Shown here: piece by piece, positions 51,540 to 60,948 of the stretch
How positions within the stretch are numbered: the first letter of the stretch is position 1
Layout: the number at the start of each line of letters is the position of its first letter
From: Bacteroidaceae bacterium
Lineage (GTDB): Bacteria > Bacteroidota > Bacteroidia > Bacteroidales > Bacteroidaceae
Assembly (NCBI GenBank): GCA_045646845.1
Contig: JAZRLO010000008.1
Location: 1,326-65,325 of the forward strand
Direction of reading: 5' to 3'
Length of the DNA: 64,000 nt
Made by a program: the position numbers and the translations under genes
The notes under the pieces: generated by a model
Told to the model about the DNA's origin: nothing
The model's database searches: none
The model's input: only the letters and a program-made list of their open reading frames with translations

Positions 51540-52013
51540 TTAATTCCTTTTCTCTCCCCTGTCCCTTCTTTGCGTCATCTTATGCATGAGGTCCCGTTGG
51601 AATGTTATGAGTGCGCGCTGCACCTTGAGAAGCTTCTGCGGAGGTATTGTTTTAAGGTACTTCGCGGTGTACTCTTTCTCAAGTTTAGCTATTTCAATCT
51701 TTACATCAGCCATCTTGTTAATGAATGCGGCGCATTGTTCCTCCGACATCTTTTCTCCGCTTTTTCTGTTTATGTCCTTATGGGCATTCTGCTGAAGATC
51801 GAACTTCTTTTTCTGCAGTTCAAAGAATATGGGGAAGAATGCGTTTGCCTCTTCTTGTGTAAGTCCGGCCTTTTCAGTGATGTATTCCTTCTGTTTTGCC
51901 TGGTACTCTTCGTGTGAGAAATGTTTTCTGCCCTTCTGGGCCATAGCTCCTGTTGCAATGCAGAGTGTCAGGGCGAATATTGCGACAGTTCTGAATCCGA
52001 TTATTGTTTTCAT
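51540..52013 (-). CDS. Periplasmic Spy/CpxP-like (LTxxQ-type) protein
   Basis: Signal peptide and a helical K/E-rich sequence with an LTQEEANAFFPIF motif. It is the third gene of an ECF sigma module. Confidence 0.7.
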   Translation of the reverse strand: MKTIIGFRTVAIFALTLCIATGAMAQKGRKHFSHEEYQAKQKEYITEKAGLTQEEANAFFPIFFELQKKKFDLQQNAHKDINRKSGEKMSEEQCAAFINKMADVKIEIAKLEKEYTAKYLKTIPPQKLLKVQRALITFQRDLMHKMTQRRDRGEKRN

Positions 52014-52025
52014 ATTCTGGGTGGT

Positions 52026-52409
52026 TTATTCGTTTTCTGTGAGATAACTGTAGAATGTGTAATCGTCAATGGGGTAGCAGCTCAGCAGATTGTCGATGTA
52101 TTCCGCATCGAGTTCATAGGTGTCGTTTTCCGGAGTTTCCTGAAGTGAAGCCGTGTGCGCAGCCCCGTTTCCTGTTGCTTGGTCATTGACTGCTCCGGAT
52201 TTTCCTAACAGTGAGAATGATACAGTTGCTATGATTGCAACTGTAGCCGCATAGCTTGCCCATTTTATCCAAGCTATGGAGCGGATGTTGCCGCGTCTCA
52301 GACCATGAGTGCCGCAACTGTTCCTGAGAATATCCCTTTCCAGGTTGTCGAAATATCCTTCGGGTGTGCCGAACGGGTTCTTTCCGTTGTCGTAGTTCTT
52401 CAGTTCCAT
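52026..52409 (-). CDS. Putative single-pass anti-sigma-like membrane protein
   Basis: One TM segment (WASYAATVAIIATVSFSLL), located immediately downstream of the ECF sigma gene. Confidence 0.55.
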   Translation of the reverse strand: MELKNYDNGKNPFGTPEGYFDNLERDILRNSCGTHGLRRGNIRSIAWIKWASYAATVAIIATVSFSLLGKSGAVNDQATGNGAAHTASLQETPENDTYELDAEYIDNLLSCYPIDDYTFYSYLTENE

Positions 52410-52453
52410 TTTTAAATTCCGTTACCTATTTGATTGCTTTGCACCACAAAGGT

Positions 52454-53005
52454 TTAACCTTTGTCGTTCAAGTATGTTTCGATTTTTTTTACGGCAATGT
52501 GGTACGATGCTTTCAAAGCACCTACGCTTGTCCCGAGAATCTCGGAAATCTCTTCGTATTTCATGTTTTCGAAGTATTTCATGTTGAAAGCTATACGTTG
52601 CTTTTCAGGGAGTTGCGCAACGGCTTCCCTCAACAAAGCATCAGCCTTGTTGCCACTGAAATACGTGTCGCTCTCAAGCTGCTCCGCAACGGCACCTTCC
52701 GGGCTGTCAAGCGGTATGTTGTTCTGCTTCTTTCCCAAGAATGTCAGAGTCTCGTTTATGGCAATGCGGTAGAGCCATGTGGATATGAGCGAATCGCCAC
52801 GGAACTTTTCTATGTTGTTCCAGGCTTTCATGAAGGTGTTCTGTACAATGTCGTTGGTGTCGTCATGCGACAGTACCATGTTTCTTACATGCCAGTATAT
52901 CTGTTGGCTGTATTGCTTTACTATCGCAGAAAAGGCGGAGCTCCTCAAGTTGTTGTCCTTGAGATCCCTAATGATTGTTCCTTCATCGTATTTGTAGTTT
53001 GCCAC
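52454..53005 (-). CDS. ECF RNA polymerase sigma factor
   Basis: Region 2 (DTNDIVQNTFMKAWNNIEKFRGDS..STWLYRIAINE) and region 4 (YEEISEILGTSVGALKASYHIA). I placed the start at the internal GTG (53005). The longest ORF (to 53128) would overlap rnz by 65 nt. Confidence 0.8.
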   Translation of the reverse strand: MANYKYDEGTIIRDLKDNNLRSSAFSAIVKQYSQQIYWHVRNMVLSHDDTNDIVQNTFMKAWNNIEKFRGDSLISTWLYRIAINETLTFLGKKQNNIPLDSPEGAVAEQLESDTYFSGNKADALLREAVAQLPEKQRIAFNMKYFENMKYEEISEILGTSVGALKASYHIAVKKIETYLNDKG

Positions 53006-53063
53006 CTTTCCTTGTGTTTCATTTTTAGACTCTTGTACCGCTTCAAAGTTTAATCCTTGAATT

Positions 53064-53978
53064 TCAAATAGTGAAAGTTTTTCCTTCTTGGGCGCATTCA
53101 GTGCCGGGGAATATTTCATTCGCTTCATACTTGAGGTGGCTTTCGTCTTCGTATCGTGACGAGAAGTGGCCTATGATGAGACGCTTGACTCCGGCTTCCT
53201 TTGCTATTTCTGCGGCCTGACGCGCTGTGGAGTGGTGTGTGGTTGCGGCGCGTTCCTTCTCCTGCTCGGCAAAAGTTGCTTCGTGGTAGAGCAGGTCAAC
53301 ATTCTTGAGGTACTTGCAGTTATCGGGGCATGGGAGCGTGTCGCTGCAGTATGCGTAGCTGCGCGAAGGGTCGGCCTCTTTTGTGAGTCTTCCGTTCGGG
53401 ATAATCTCTCCTTCTAAGGTTGTGTAGTCGGCTCCGTCCTTGATGGCCTGGCGCATGTAGGCCGGTATGTTGTAAAAGTTGGCCACATCGCCTATGAGGT
53501 GTCTCTTTTTTGGCTTTTCGCGGAAGATGAAACCACAGCATGGGATACGGTGTCTCTGCGGCAGGGTCTCTACGGTGATTGTGTTGTCTTCGTATATCAC
53601 GGCATGTTCTGTGGCGTCTATCGCATGAAAGAATACCGGGTAGTTCATCCCTTTGCAGTAGAAGTCGAGTTGCGGTTGCATCAGCTTTTCAAGCATTGCA
53701 TCCGCATAAATGTGAAGCGGGGCAGTGCGTCCGAGCATTGAGAATGTTGACATCAGTCCGATAAGCCCGAAGCAGTGGTCGCCGTGCAGGTGTGATATGA
53801 AGATGTGGTTTATGAATGAGAAATGTATATGTCCACGGCGGAGCTGCAACTGAGTTCCTTCTCCGCAGTCTATCATGAACTGTTTGTTCCCTATTTTTAT
53901 TACCTGTGAGCTGGCATTGTGTCGGGTGGTGGGCAGTGCTGAACCGCACCCCAGTATGTGTATCTCAAATGGTTCCAT
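53064..53978 (-). CDS. rnz: Ribonuclease Z
   Basis: Metallo-beta-lactamase motif ISHLHGDH and typical length (304 aa). Confidence 0.93.
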   Translation of the reverse strand: MEPFEIHILGCGSALPTTRHNASSQVIKIGNKQFMIDCGEGTQLQLRRGHIHFSFINHIFISHLHGDHCFGLIGLMSTFSMLGRTAPLHIYADAMLEKLMQPQLDFYCKGMNYPVFFHAIDATEHAVIYEDNTITVETLPQRHRIPCCGFIFREKPKKRHLIGDVANFYNIPAYMRQAIKDGADYTTLEGEIIPNGRLTKEADPSRSYAYCSDTLPCPDNCKYLKNVDLLYHEATFAEQEKERAATTHHSTARQAAEIAKEAGVKRLIIGHFSSRYEDESHLKYEANEIFPGTECAQEGKTFTI

Positions 53979-54049
53979 AGCTTCGCAAATTTACTTATTA
54001 GAGTGTTAAAAAGCAAATACTCTATCACTATTGTAATAAAAAAGGTAAT

Positions 54050-54288
54050 AATATAGATGTTGACCCAACACTTCAAAACTCATCATTTGTGTCATATCGA
54101 CCGTATGTGAGATATCTCATGTTCTGTATTGGAGTTCCTTTGACAATCCTTGCTTACCGCAACCTGCACGGCGCAAACTTCGCCTGCGCTACGTGTGACC
54201 AACTGCTGCAGGCATTCTCGAACTAAAGTTTCGTCACTGCGTTCTGTCGGGGTGACATTACAGAGACATTCTGAGGTGACTGCTATAT
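54050..54288. mobile_element. Second, larger and more degenerate MITE-like element sharing the left terminus AATATAGATGTTGACC
   Basis: The left 16-mer is identical to 40212-40227. The right end GGTGACTGCTATAT is a degenerate inverted copy. The interior has CTTCGCCTGCGCTACGTGTGAC and CATTCTGAGGTGAC blocks related to the short dispersed motif. Confidence 0.35.
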
Positions 54289-54296
54289 CATTGCTT

Positions 54297-54330
54297 ATAA
54301 AAAATCAAGGCTGTCCGCGGACAGCCTTGA
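54297..54330 (-). terminator. Rho-independent terminator of rpsA
   Basis: Perfect palindrome TCAAGGCTGTCCG/CGGACAGCCTTGA followed on the minus strand by T6. Confidence 0.8.
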
Positions 54331-54354
54331 CCATAGATGTTGTGAATAATTCAA

Positions 54355-56148
54355 TTATTCGCCAGCCTCGAGCTTGCTCTTGAGAGCAGCAAGTGCATCG
54401 ATGTCACCGAGGGTTGTAGAAGCTGCCTGGTTCTGGATAGCAGGAACTGCCTCCTCAGCTGCCTTCTTGCTCTTGCGAGCTGCTGCAGCGGCCTTCTTCT
54501 CAGCCTTCTCTTCCTCCTTTGCTGCATCCTCGAAGATGCGGCTGTGAGAAAGGATGATTCTCTTGGCCTCCTTGTTGAACTCGATTACCTTGAACTGGAG
54601 CTTCTCGTCAGCAGCAGCCTGTGTGCCGTCCTCCTTAACGAGGTGCTTTGGAGTAGCGAAGCCCTCAACACCGTAGGGGAGAGATACAACTGCGCCCTTG
54701 TCGATGAGCTCGGTGATAACACCCTCGTGGATAGAACCTACTGTGAATACTGTCTCGAATACATCCCAGGGGTTCTCCTCGAGCTGCTTGTGACCAAGGC
54801 TCAGACGGCGGTTCTCCTTGTCGATTTCAAGAACCTGAACGTCGATAGCCTCACCGATCTGAGTGAACTCAGAGGGGTGCTTAACCTTCTTTGTCCAAGA
54901 GAGGTCGCTGATGTGGATAAGGCCGTCAACACCCTCCTCAATCTCAACGAAGATACCGAAGTTTGTGAAGTTGCGAACCTTTGCAGTGTGCTTTGAACCG
55001 ATAGGATACTTCTCCTCGATGTTTGTCCAGGGATCCTCCTTGAGCTGCTTGATACCGAGAGACATCTTGCGCTCGTCGCGGTCGAGTGTGAGGATAACTG
55101 CCTCTACCTCTTCGCCAACCTTCATGAAGTCCTGAGCTGAACGCAGGTGCTGGTTCCAAGACATCTCAGAAACGTGGATAAGACCCTCAACGCCGGGAGC
55201 AATCTCGATGAACGCACCGTAGTCTGCCATAACGACAACCTTACCCTTAACAACGTCACCAACCTTGAGGTCTGCGTCGATAGCATCCCATGGGTGCGGA
55301 GTGAGCTGCTTCAAGCCGAGAGCGATACGCTTCTTCTCGTCATCGAAGTCGAGGATAACAACGTTGATCTTCTGGTCGAGTGATACAACCTCTGTAGGAT
55401 CGTTTACGCGGCCCCAAGAGAGGTCTGTGATGTGGATGAGACCGTCAACGCCACCGAGGTCGATGAATACACCATAAGAGGTGATGTTCTTGACTGTACC
55501 CTCGAGTACCTGACCCTTCTCGAGTGTGCTGATGATCTTCTTCTTCTGCTCCTCAAGCTCAGCCTCGATGAGTGCCTTGTGAGAAACAACGACATTCTTG
55601 AATTCCTGGTTGATCTTAACAATCTTGAAGTCTTCTGTCTGGCCAACGTATGCATCGTAGTCACGGATAGGCTTAACGTCAATCTGTGAACCGGGCAAGA
55701 ATGCCTCGATACCGAATACGTCAACAATCATACCGCCCTTAGTGCGGCACTTGATGTAACCACGTACAACTGCCTGCTCCTCCATTGCCTTGTTGACAAG
55801 CTCCCAAGAGCGGCTTGCGCGTGCTTTCTTGTGTGAAAGGCTCAACTGACCCTTCTTGTCCTCGAGGTTCTCGATATAAACCTCTACCTGGTCACCTACC
55901 TTGAGCTCTGGGTTGTAACGGAACTCGCTGATAGGAATGATAGCGTCCTGCTTGTAATCGATGCTTACGATTACCTCACGCTTGTTGATACCGATAACAG
56001 TACCGTTTACTACTTCGCGGCTGGATACCTTGTTGAGAGTGCTGTCATAAGCCTGCTCCAGCTGCTCGTGTGAGAGACCTGAGATGTTCTCACCTTTTTC
56101 GTACGAATCCCAATTGAAATCGGGTGTACCTGTTAGAATTTCGCTCAT
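54355..56148 (-). CDS. rpsA: 30S ribosomal protein S1
   Basis: Six S1 (OB) repeats and a K/A/E-rich tail. Confidence 0.95.
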   Translation of the reverse strand: MSEILTGTPDFNWDSYEKGENISGLSHEQLEQAYDSTLNKVSSREVVNGTVIGINKREVIVSIDYKQDAIIPISEFRYNPELKVGDQVEVYIENLEDKKGQLSLSHKKARASRSWELVNKAMEEQAVVRGYIKCRTKGGMIVDVFGIEAFLPGSQIDVKPIRDYDAYVGQTEDFKIVKINQEFKNVVVSHKALIEAELEEQKKKIISTLEKGQVLEGTVKNITSYGVFIDLGGVDGLIHITDLSWGRVNDPTEVVSLDQKINVVILDFDDEKKRIALGLKQLTPHPWDAIDADLKVGDVVKGKVVVMADYGAFIEIAPGVEGLIHVSEMSWNQHLRSAQDFMKVGEEVEAVILTLDRDERKMSLGIKQLKEDPWTNIEEKYPIGSKHTAKVRNFTNFGIFVEIEEGVDGLIHISDLSWTKKVKHPSEFTQIGEAIDVQVLEIDKENRRLSLGHKQLEENPWDVFETVFTVGSIHEGVITELIDKGAVVSLPYGVEGFATPKHLVKEDGTQAAADEKLQFKVIEFNKEAKRIILSHSRIFEDAAKEEEKAEKKAAAAARKSKKAAEEAVPAIQNQAASTTLGDIDALAALKSKLEAGE

Positions 56149-56197
56149 AAATTTGTAAAAGTTAATGAGTTAGACATTATGTTGATAGAATTCGGGC

Positions 56198-56205
56198 GCA
56201 AAGAT
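56198..56205 (-). promoter_or_regulatory. Candidate -7 box (TATCTTTG) for rpsA
   Basis: TAnnTTTG match 50 nt upstream of the ATG. Confidence 0.45.
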
Positions 56206-56354
56206 ACAACTTTTTCCGCAAATACGGACTTTTTCTTTCATATTTTTTGCGCTTTCCTGTTTTGTTTCCGTTTTTCTTCCCTTTTCGTATCTGCAGCGAC
56301 CTGGCCGGCATGAGGCTTTTCTCTCCATTGGTTTTGTAGTTTGCAAATAATTCG

Positions 56355-56362
56355 TAAATTTG
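56355..56362 (+). promoter_or_regulatory. Candidate -7 box (TAAATTTG) for the MarC-family gene
   Basis: TAnnTTTG match 53 nt upstream of the ATG. Confidence 0.45.
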
Positions 56363-56414
56363 CCGTCATAAAGGATATTTCTTACCTTATAATATGTTAT
56401 AATAAAAAAGTATT

Positions 56415-57014
56415 ATGGATTTTTTCTCGTCTTTCAGTGGAACTGAATTCCTGAGTGCGTTCATCGTTCTTTTTGCTATTATTGACCCTATAGGCATAAT
56501 GCCCATTGTCCTGTCGCTGCGTGAAAAGGGTAAGGTTATAAACGTGAAGAAGGCTGTGTGCTATTCGTTCGCGCTTATGTTTCTTTTCTTCTTTGTAGGA
56601 GACTGGATTCTCAATCTTTTTGGGGTCGATATCAATTCGTTTGCTGTTGCCGGCGGTGTCATCATCTTCCTTATGTCGCTTGAGATGATTCTTGATGTCG
56701 AAATATTCAAGGATTCCTCTCATTTGGCGAACAACGCGACATTCGTTCCTTTAGTATTCCCATTGCTTGCAGGAGCCGGCTCGTTCACGACACTGCTTTC
56801 GCTTAAGGCCGAGTATGCTCAGGTAAACATCCTTGCAGCTCTGAGTTTGAATGCTGTGGCTGTTTTCTTCATATTGTCATCATCGGCACTTGTGGCGAAA
56901 ATGCTCGGAAAAGGTGGTATATATTTTACACGAAAGTTCTTCGGAATAATCCTTCTTGCCATTTCGGTAAAACTCTTGACATCTAATCTCCTGCATTTTA
57001 TACATTCATTATAA
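56415..57014 (+). CDS. MarC-family integral membrane protein
   Basis: Six TM segments and the FAIIDPIGIMPIVLSL N-terminal motif. Confidence 0.85.
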   Translation: MDFFSSFSGTEFLSAFIVLFAIIDPIGIMPIVLSLREKGKVINVKKAVCYSFALMFLFFFVGDWILNLFGVDINSFAVAGGVIIFLMSLEMILDVEIFKDSSHLANNATFVPLVFPLLAGAGSFTTLLSLKAEYAQVNILAALSLNAVAVFFILSSSALVAKMLGKGGIYFTRKFFGIILLAISVKLLTSNLLHFIHSL

Positions 57015-57027
57015 TATAAGCAGAAAT

Positions 57028-57067
57028 AAAATGTCAGCGGGCCGGAATTCCGGCCCTCTGACATTTT
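57028..57067. terminator. Bidirectional terminator
   Basis: AAAATGTCAG-C-GGGCCGG-AATT-CCGGCCC-T-CTGACATTTT between convergent genes. Confidence 0.8.
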
Positions 57068-57107
57068 GGGGTGTAGGGTTTCGCCTGGCTATCGGCATCT
57101 GTCCGTG

Positions 57108-58178
57108 TCATTGAATAAGGTATTCATCGAATCCTTCGCTCATGCATTCCTGCATTTCTCCATTCTCGTCCGAATAGATGAAATACCCCTCAACAGAACT
57201 CTCCCTGCTGCATATCTCCAATGCTTTGTCAACACCCATGACCATGAATGCTGTAGCGTAAGCATCAGCAGTAGCGCAGTCTCCGGCAATAATCGTGGCA
57301 GACAATAAAGAGTGTTCTACCGGGTAACCGGTCTTGGGGTCTATCGTGTGTGCGTATTTCTTTCCGTTGACAATGCGGTAGTTGCGGTAGTTGCCCGATG
57401 TTGCCATGCACTTGTTGTCGAGTCTGACAATACCCGAAAGTTCTTTGTTCTCGCCGCTTCTGTCGTTTACAGGTTTGTTTATGCCTATGCTCCAGGCTTC
57501 CCCCTTGGGGTTCTTACCGTTGGCCACTATTTCGCCTCCAATCTCAACCATGAAGTCCCTGATGCCTTTACGTGTCAGCATCTTTGCCACGGCATCGCAG
57601 CCGTATCCCTTTGCTATGGCACTGCAGTCGAGCATAATGCGGCTGTCATCCTTAATCACGGCTCCGTTCTCTATCCTTATCTTGCCGTATCCGACAAGTC
57701 CGCGAAGCGAATCGACGCTGGCACTGTCAACCGCGGTGTTATTCTTGAAGCCGAACCCCCATGCATTCACTAATGGCGCTACTGTTATGTCAAATGCACC
57801 GTCAGTCTTTTCCGACATCTTCAGGGCAAGGTTGAACACTTCGGTAAACATCTCGTCTGTGGCCGTGTTCTTGTTCTCGTTTATTGCCGTAATGGTCGAA
57901 TTCTTGTTGAATGGCGAGAGTGACATGTCAACGTTGAGCAGGGTGTTGCCTATTTCGCTGCTGAGGTCTTCCTCCGATTTGTATATGATTGAACATGTTG
58001 TGCCGAATACTTTGCCTTCGGTTCTTGAGTATCCTTCGGAAACCTTTACTCTCTTTATCTCAATGTTCGAATTCTCTTTTTTGGTCTCCTCTTCGTAGTT
58101 GTTCCTTATTATAATTGCCGTTGCAACCATGAGGAAAAGCAGGAACAGTATTCTCCAGATATTAAGTTTTCTATTCAT
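57108..58178 (-). CDS. apbE: FAD:protein FMN transferase (ApbE family)
   Basis: ApbE blocks FDITVAPLVNAWGFG, IAKGYGCD and ATSGNYRNY. Confidence 0.9.
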   Translation of the reverse strand: MNRKLNIWRILFLLFLMVATAIIIRNNYEEETKKENSNIEIKRVKVSEGYSRTEGKVFGTTCSIIYKSEEDLSSEIGNTLLNVDMSLSPFNKNSTITAINENKNTATDEMFTEVFNLALKMSEKTDGAFDITVAPLVNAWGFGFKNNTAVDSASVDSLRGLVGYGKIRIENGAVIKDDSRIMLDCSAIAKGYGCDAVAKMLTRKGIRDFMVEIGGEIVANGKNPKGEAWSIGINKPVNDRSGENKELSGIVRLDNKCMATSGNYRNYRIVNGKKYAHTIDPKTGYPVEHSLLSATIIAGDCATADAYATAFMVMGVDKALEICSRESSVEGYFIYSDENGEMQECMSEGFDEYLIQ

Positions 58179-58183
58179 CTTTT

Positions 58184-58879
58184 TTATAGTGGAAAGTCAT
58201 ATATTATACTATATGTGCCGCCGAAGCCTGTGCTTTGGTTGATGCCGTATCCCGGTATGTACCACATGTTGGAGTTGCTTCCTTCCTTTTGGGTGAACCT
58301 TATCTTGTATCTTATGCTCCATCCCATATGCAGGCCTTTGTATATGTTGACCTTTATTCCGGCACCTATTTCTCCCCATAAGCAACTGCCACTTATGTTT
58401 TTGAGGTCAAGTGCGACCGAACCTCCCCATACGGGGTCTGTTATGGGCGGTGTGGTGACATCGTATTCAAAACCGCTCCAAGCTATGCGTGCAAGTCCAT
58501 AAACATAGTGCTTCGGGTTGGGGTTCTCATCGTTTGTGAGGAAGTTGTAGTTTAGCCCCAGTTTGTAGTACGGGGCTGCCGTGCGGTATTTTATCCCAAA
58601 GGTTTCGTCTGTCGTATTGCACCATCCGAATCCGACCTCCGCAATGGGGTAGAAACGGTTCCCCAGGTTGGCTTCCACTGCAATCTCGGCACTTGTATAG
58701 TCATCGAGCAGGGAGTATGCGAAGCCGAACAGGTCGGCCGACACTCCTATGCCGTTGAAGGAGAACATGGACTTCCAATTGCCGCTCTTTTCTTCTTCTG
58801 CGGCCTTCTCCTGCGCATGACCACAGAAGGGGAGTACCAGCATGATGCTAATCAATAAAGTATAGCTTGATATTCTCAT
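58184..58879 (-). CDS. Putative outer-membrane beta-barrel protein
   Basis: Signal peptide, alternating aromatic/glycine beta-strand pattern and a C-terminal aromatic-rich end. Confidence 0.6.
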   Translation of the reverse strand: MRISSYTLLISIMLVLPFCGHAQEKAAEEEKSGNWKSMFSFNGIGVSADLFGFAYSLLDDYTSAEIAVEANLGNRFYPIAEVGFGWCNTTDETFGIKYRTAAPYYKLGLNYNFLTNDENPNPKHYVYGLARIAWSGFEYDVTTPPITDPVWGGSVALDLKNISGSCLWGEIGAGIKVNIYKGLHMGWSIRYKIRFTQKEGSNSNMWYIPGYGINQSTGFGGTYSIIYDFPL

Positions 58880-59339
58880 TGTGGTCGAATTTTACATAGT
58901 TTCTGACAATGGCCGCAGAGTCTATGAGGTTGCCTGTATGCCTTATCTCTGTAAGCTTATGGTACATGACGGTTCCGCACTCCATTGAAACGTAATATGG
59001 AATGTTCTGGTGGCCTATGTAGAGCGTGTCGGTGAAGTCTCCTTCGTAACTGAATATGACCGTGTCGCACTCGCTGGTGTAGCTCATGGGCAACTGCAGC
59101 ATCTCGGCATTCTCAATGTGGTTCACGACAATCGAGTCCCTGCCGTTCACTACGAGGGATACTGTAAGTGCCTCGGGGAAAGCATGGCTCTTTTCTGTGC
59201 CGTTGGCGTCCATTTTGTAGAAGCCTATGCGGTCGTATGCCGTGTTCTCGAGGCTGCAGTCATATCCGCTTTCGCACGATGTAAGCATCGTTGCCATTGA
59301 CAACAGGGCTACAGCAACTCCAAATACTCTCTCCTTCAT
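58848..59339 (-). CDS. Hypothetical lipoprotein
   Basis: Start moved to MKERVFGVAVALLSMATMLTSC (lipobox). The track extension overlaps the GT2 gene. Confidence 0.6.
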   Translation of the reverse strand: MKERVFGVAVALLSMATMLTSCESGYDCSLENTAYDRIGFYKMDANGTEKSHAFPEALTVSLVVNGRDSIVVNHIENAEMLQLPMSYTSECDTVIFSYEGDFTDTLYIGHQNIPYYVSMECGTVMYHKLTEIRHTGNLIDSAAIVRNYVKFDHNENIKLYFID

Positions 59340-59340
59340 C

Positions 59341-60291
59341 TTATATCTCCTTTGAAATGTTGTATCTGTTCCTCTCCTGCGAGGTGCGGCTGACAAGTTC
59401 AGCAATGAATCCTGTGAGGAACAGTTGTGTACCCAATATCATCATTGTGAGGGCTATGTAGAAATAGGGGGAGTCTGTAACCAACCGGCATGGTTCACCG
59501 TTTGAAAGGGCTATGAGCTTTGTCGCGCCCAGTACTGCAGCCGCAATCAGGCCTATCATGAACATCACAGTGCCCCACAGACCGAATATGTGCATCGGAC
59601 GATAGCTGAATTTTGAGAGGAACCATAGTGACATCAGGTCAAGATATCCGTGGAAGAAACGGCTTATCCCGAACTTGCTCTTTCCGTACTTGCGGGCCTG
59701 GTGGTGCACTACAAGTTCGCCTATCCTGTCATATCCTGCGTTTTTTGCAAGGTAAGGAATGTAACGGTGCATGTCGCCATAGACTTCGATGTCCTTTACC
59801 ACTTCCCTGCGGTATGCTTTCAGCCCGCAGTTGAAATCGTGCAGGTTCTTTATTCCCGATACCCGGCGTGCCGTGGCGTTGAAGAGCTTTGTGGGGATGG
59901 TCTTTGTAAGGGGGTCGTAACGTTTCTTCTTGTATCCCGATACAAGGTCGTACTTCTCTTCGGTAATCATGCGGTAGAGTTCCGGAATCTCATCCGGGCT
60001 GTCCTGAAGGTCCGCATCCATTGTGATGACGATATCTCCTTTTGCGCGTTCAAAACCGCAGAAAAGTGCCGGTGACTTGCCGTAGTTGCGGCGGAACTTT
60101 ACACCATGTATGTTCTTGTTCCTGGAACTGAGTTCTTCTATCACATCCCACGAATTGTCGGTGCTGCCGTCATTTATGAAGATTATCTCATAAGAGAAAC
60201 CCTTGTCGTTCATGACCCGTTCAATCCACGCCGTAAGTTCCGGCAGGGATTCTGCTTCGTTGTAAAGCGGTATGACAACTGAAATGTCCAT
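59341..60291 (-). CDS. GT2 polyprenyl-phosphate glycosyltransferase (DPM1/ArnC-like) with C-terminal TM helices
   Basis: VVIPLYNEAESLPEL, NDGSTDNS and MDADLQD motifs, plus two C-terminal TM segments. Confidence 0.9.
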   Translation of the reverse strand: MDISVVIPLYNEAESLPELTAWIERVMNDKGFSYEIIFINDGSTDNSWDVIEELSSRNKNIHGVKFRRNYGKSPALFCGFERAKGDIVITMDADLQDSPDEIPELYRMITEEKYDLVSGYKKKRYDPLTKTIPTKLFNATARRVSGIKNLHDFNCGLKAYRREVVKDIEVYGDMHRYIPYLAKNAGYDRIGELVVHHQARKYGKSKFGISRFFHGYLDLMSLWFLSKFSYRPMHIFGLWGTVMFMIGLIAAAVLGATKLIALSNGEPCRLVTDSPYFYIALTMMILGTQLFLTGFIAELVSRTSQERNRYNISKEI

Positions 60292-60295
60292 ATTA

Positions 60296-60823
60296 TTATC
60301 TGTTCTTACGTATAAAGAGTGCTATTATAAGTGGAAGCAGCAGCGAATTCGTTATGTTGCCGTCCATTGTTGTCCAGACGAAATCGTCCGGCGTCATCCT
60401 GCCGTATATGTCGGCCATCCCACGCAGTGCCTCTGATGTATCAGCCTGTATTCCGGGGGCATTCTCCAGCATTGCAATCATTTCGAGTACAGTCCCGATG
60501 AATGCACCATTGTCGATATAATTCATATATACGAATATCACGGCCGTGCTCAACAGTGTGGCGCAAAGGTACATGACAATAAGAAACAGTAATGCCTTTG
60601 TGTATGACATGGTATCGTTGCATTCTTGTCTGCGGTACCTCCTTGCGTATGCCGCCGCTATGAACGGCGATGAAAAGAGAATCAGTAACCCGAAGGGCAG
60701 TAATGTCGTGCTCCTTATTCCAGCAAAAAATATCAGATACATTATGCTCCACACAGCCCCCAGTATTGTGCCATACTGCATTGCGCGGTTGTAAAATATC
60801 TTGCTGTACTCTATCTCTGACAT
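60296..60823 (-). CDS. DUF4199-like small membrane protein
   Basis: Four TM segments. Start moved to MSEIEYSKIF (60823). Confidence 0.7.
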   Translation of the reverse strand: MSEIEYSKIFYNRAMQYGTILGAVWSIMYLIFFAGIRSTTLLPFGLLILFSSPFIAAAYARRYRRQECNDTMSYTKALLFLIVMYLCATLLSTAVIFVYMNYIDNGAFIGTVLEMIAMLENAPGIQADTSEALRGMADIYGRMTPDDFVWTTMDGNITNSLLLPLIIALFIRKNR

Positions 60824-60948
60824 ATGTGGTAGCTCTATTTCTGAGCGAAGATACAGCAAAGTGGCGAACATCGCAACTTTTGTTCCCGGAACTTGCCTTA
60901 TATAAGAAAATAAATGACTATTTTAGCAAAAAATAATTTGTTACGCAG

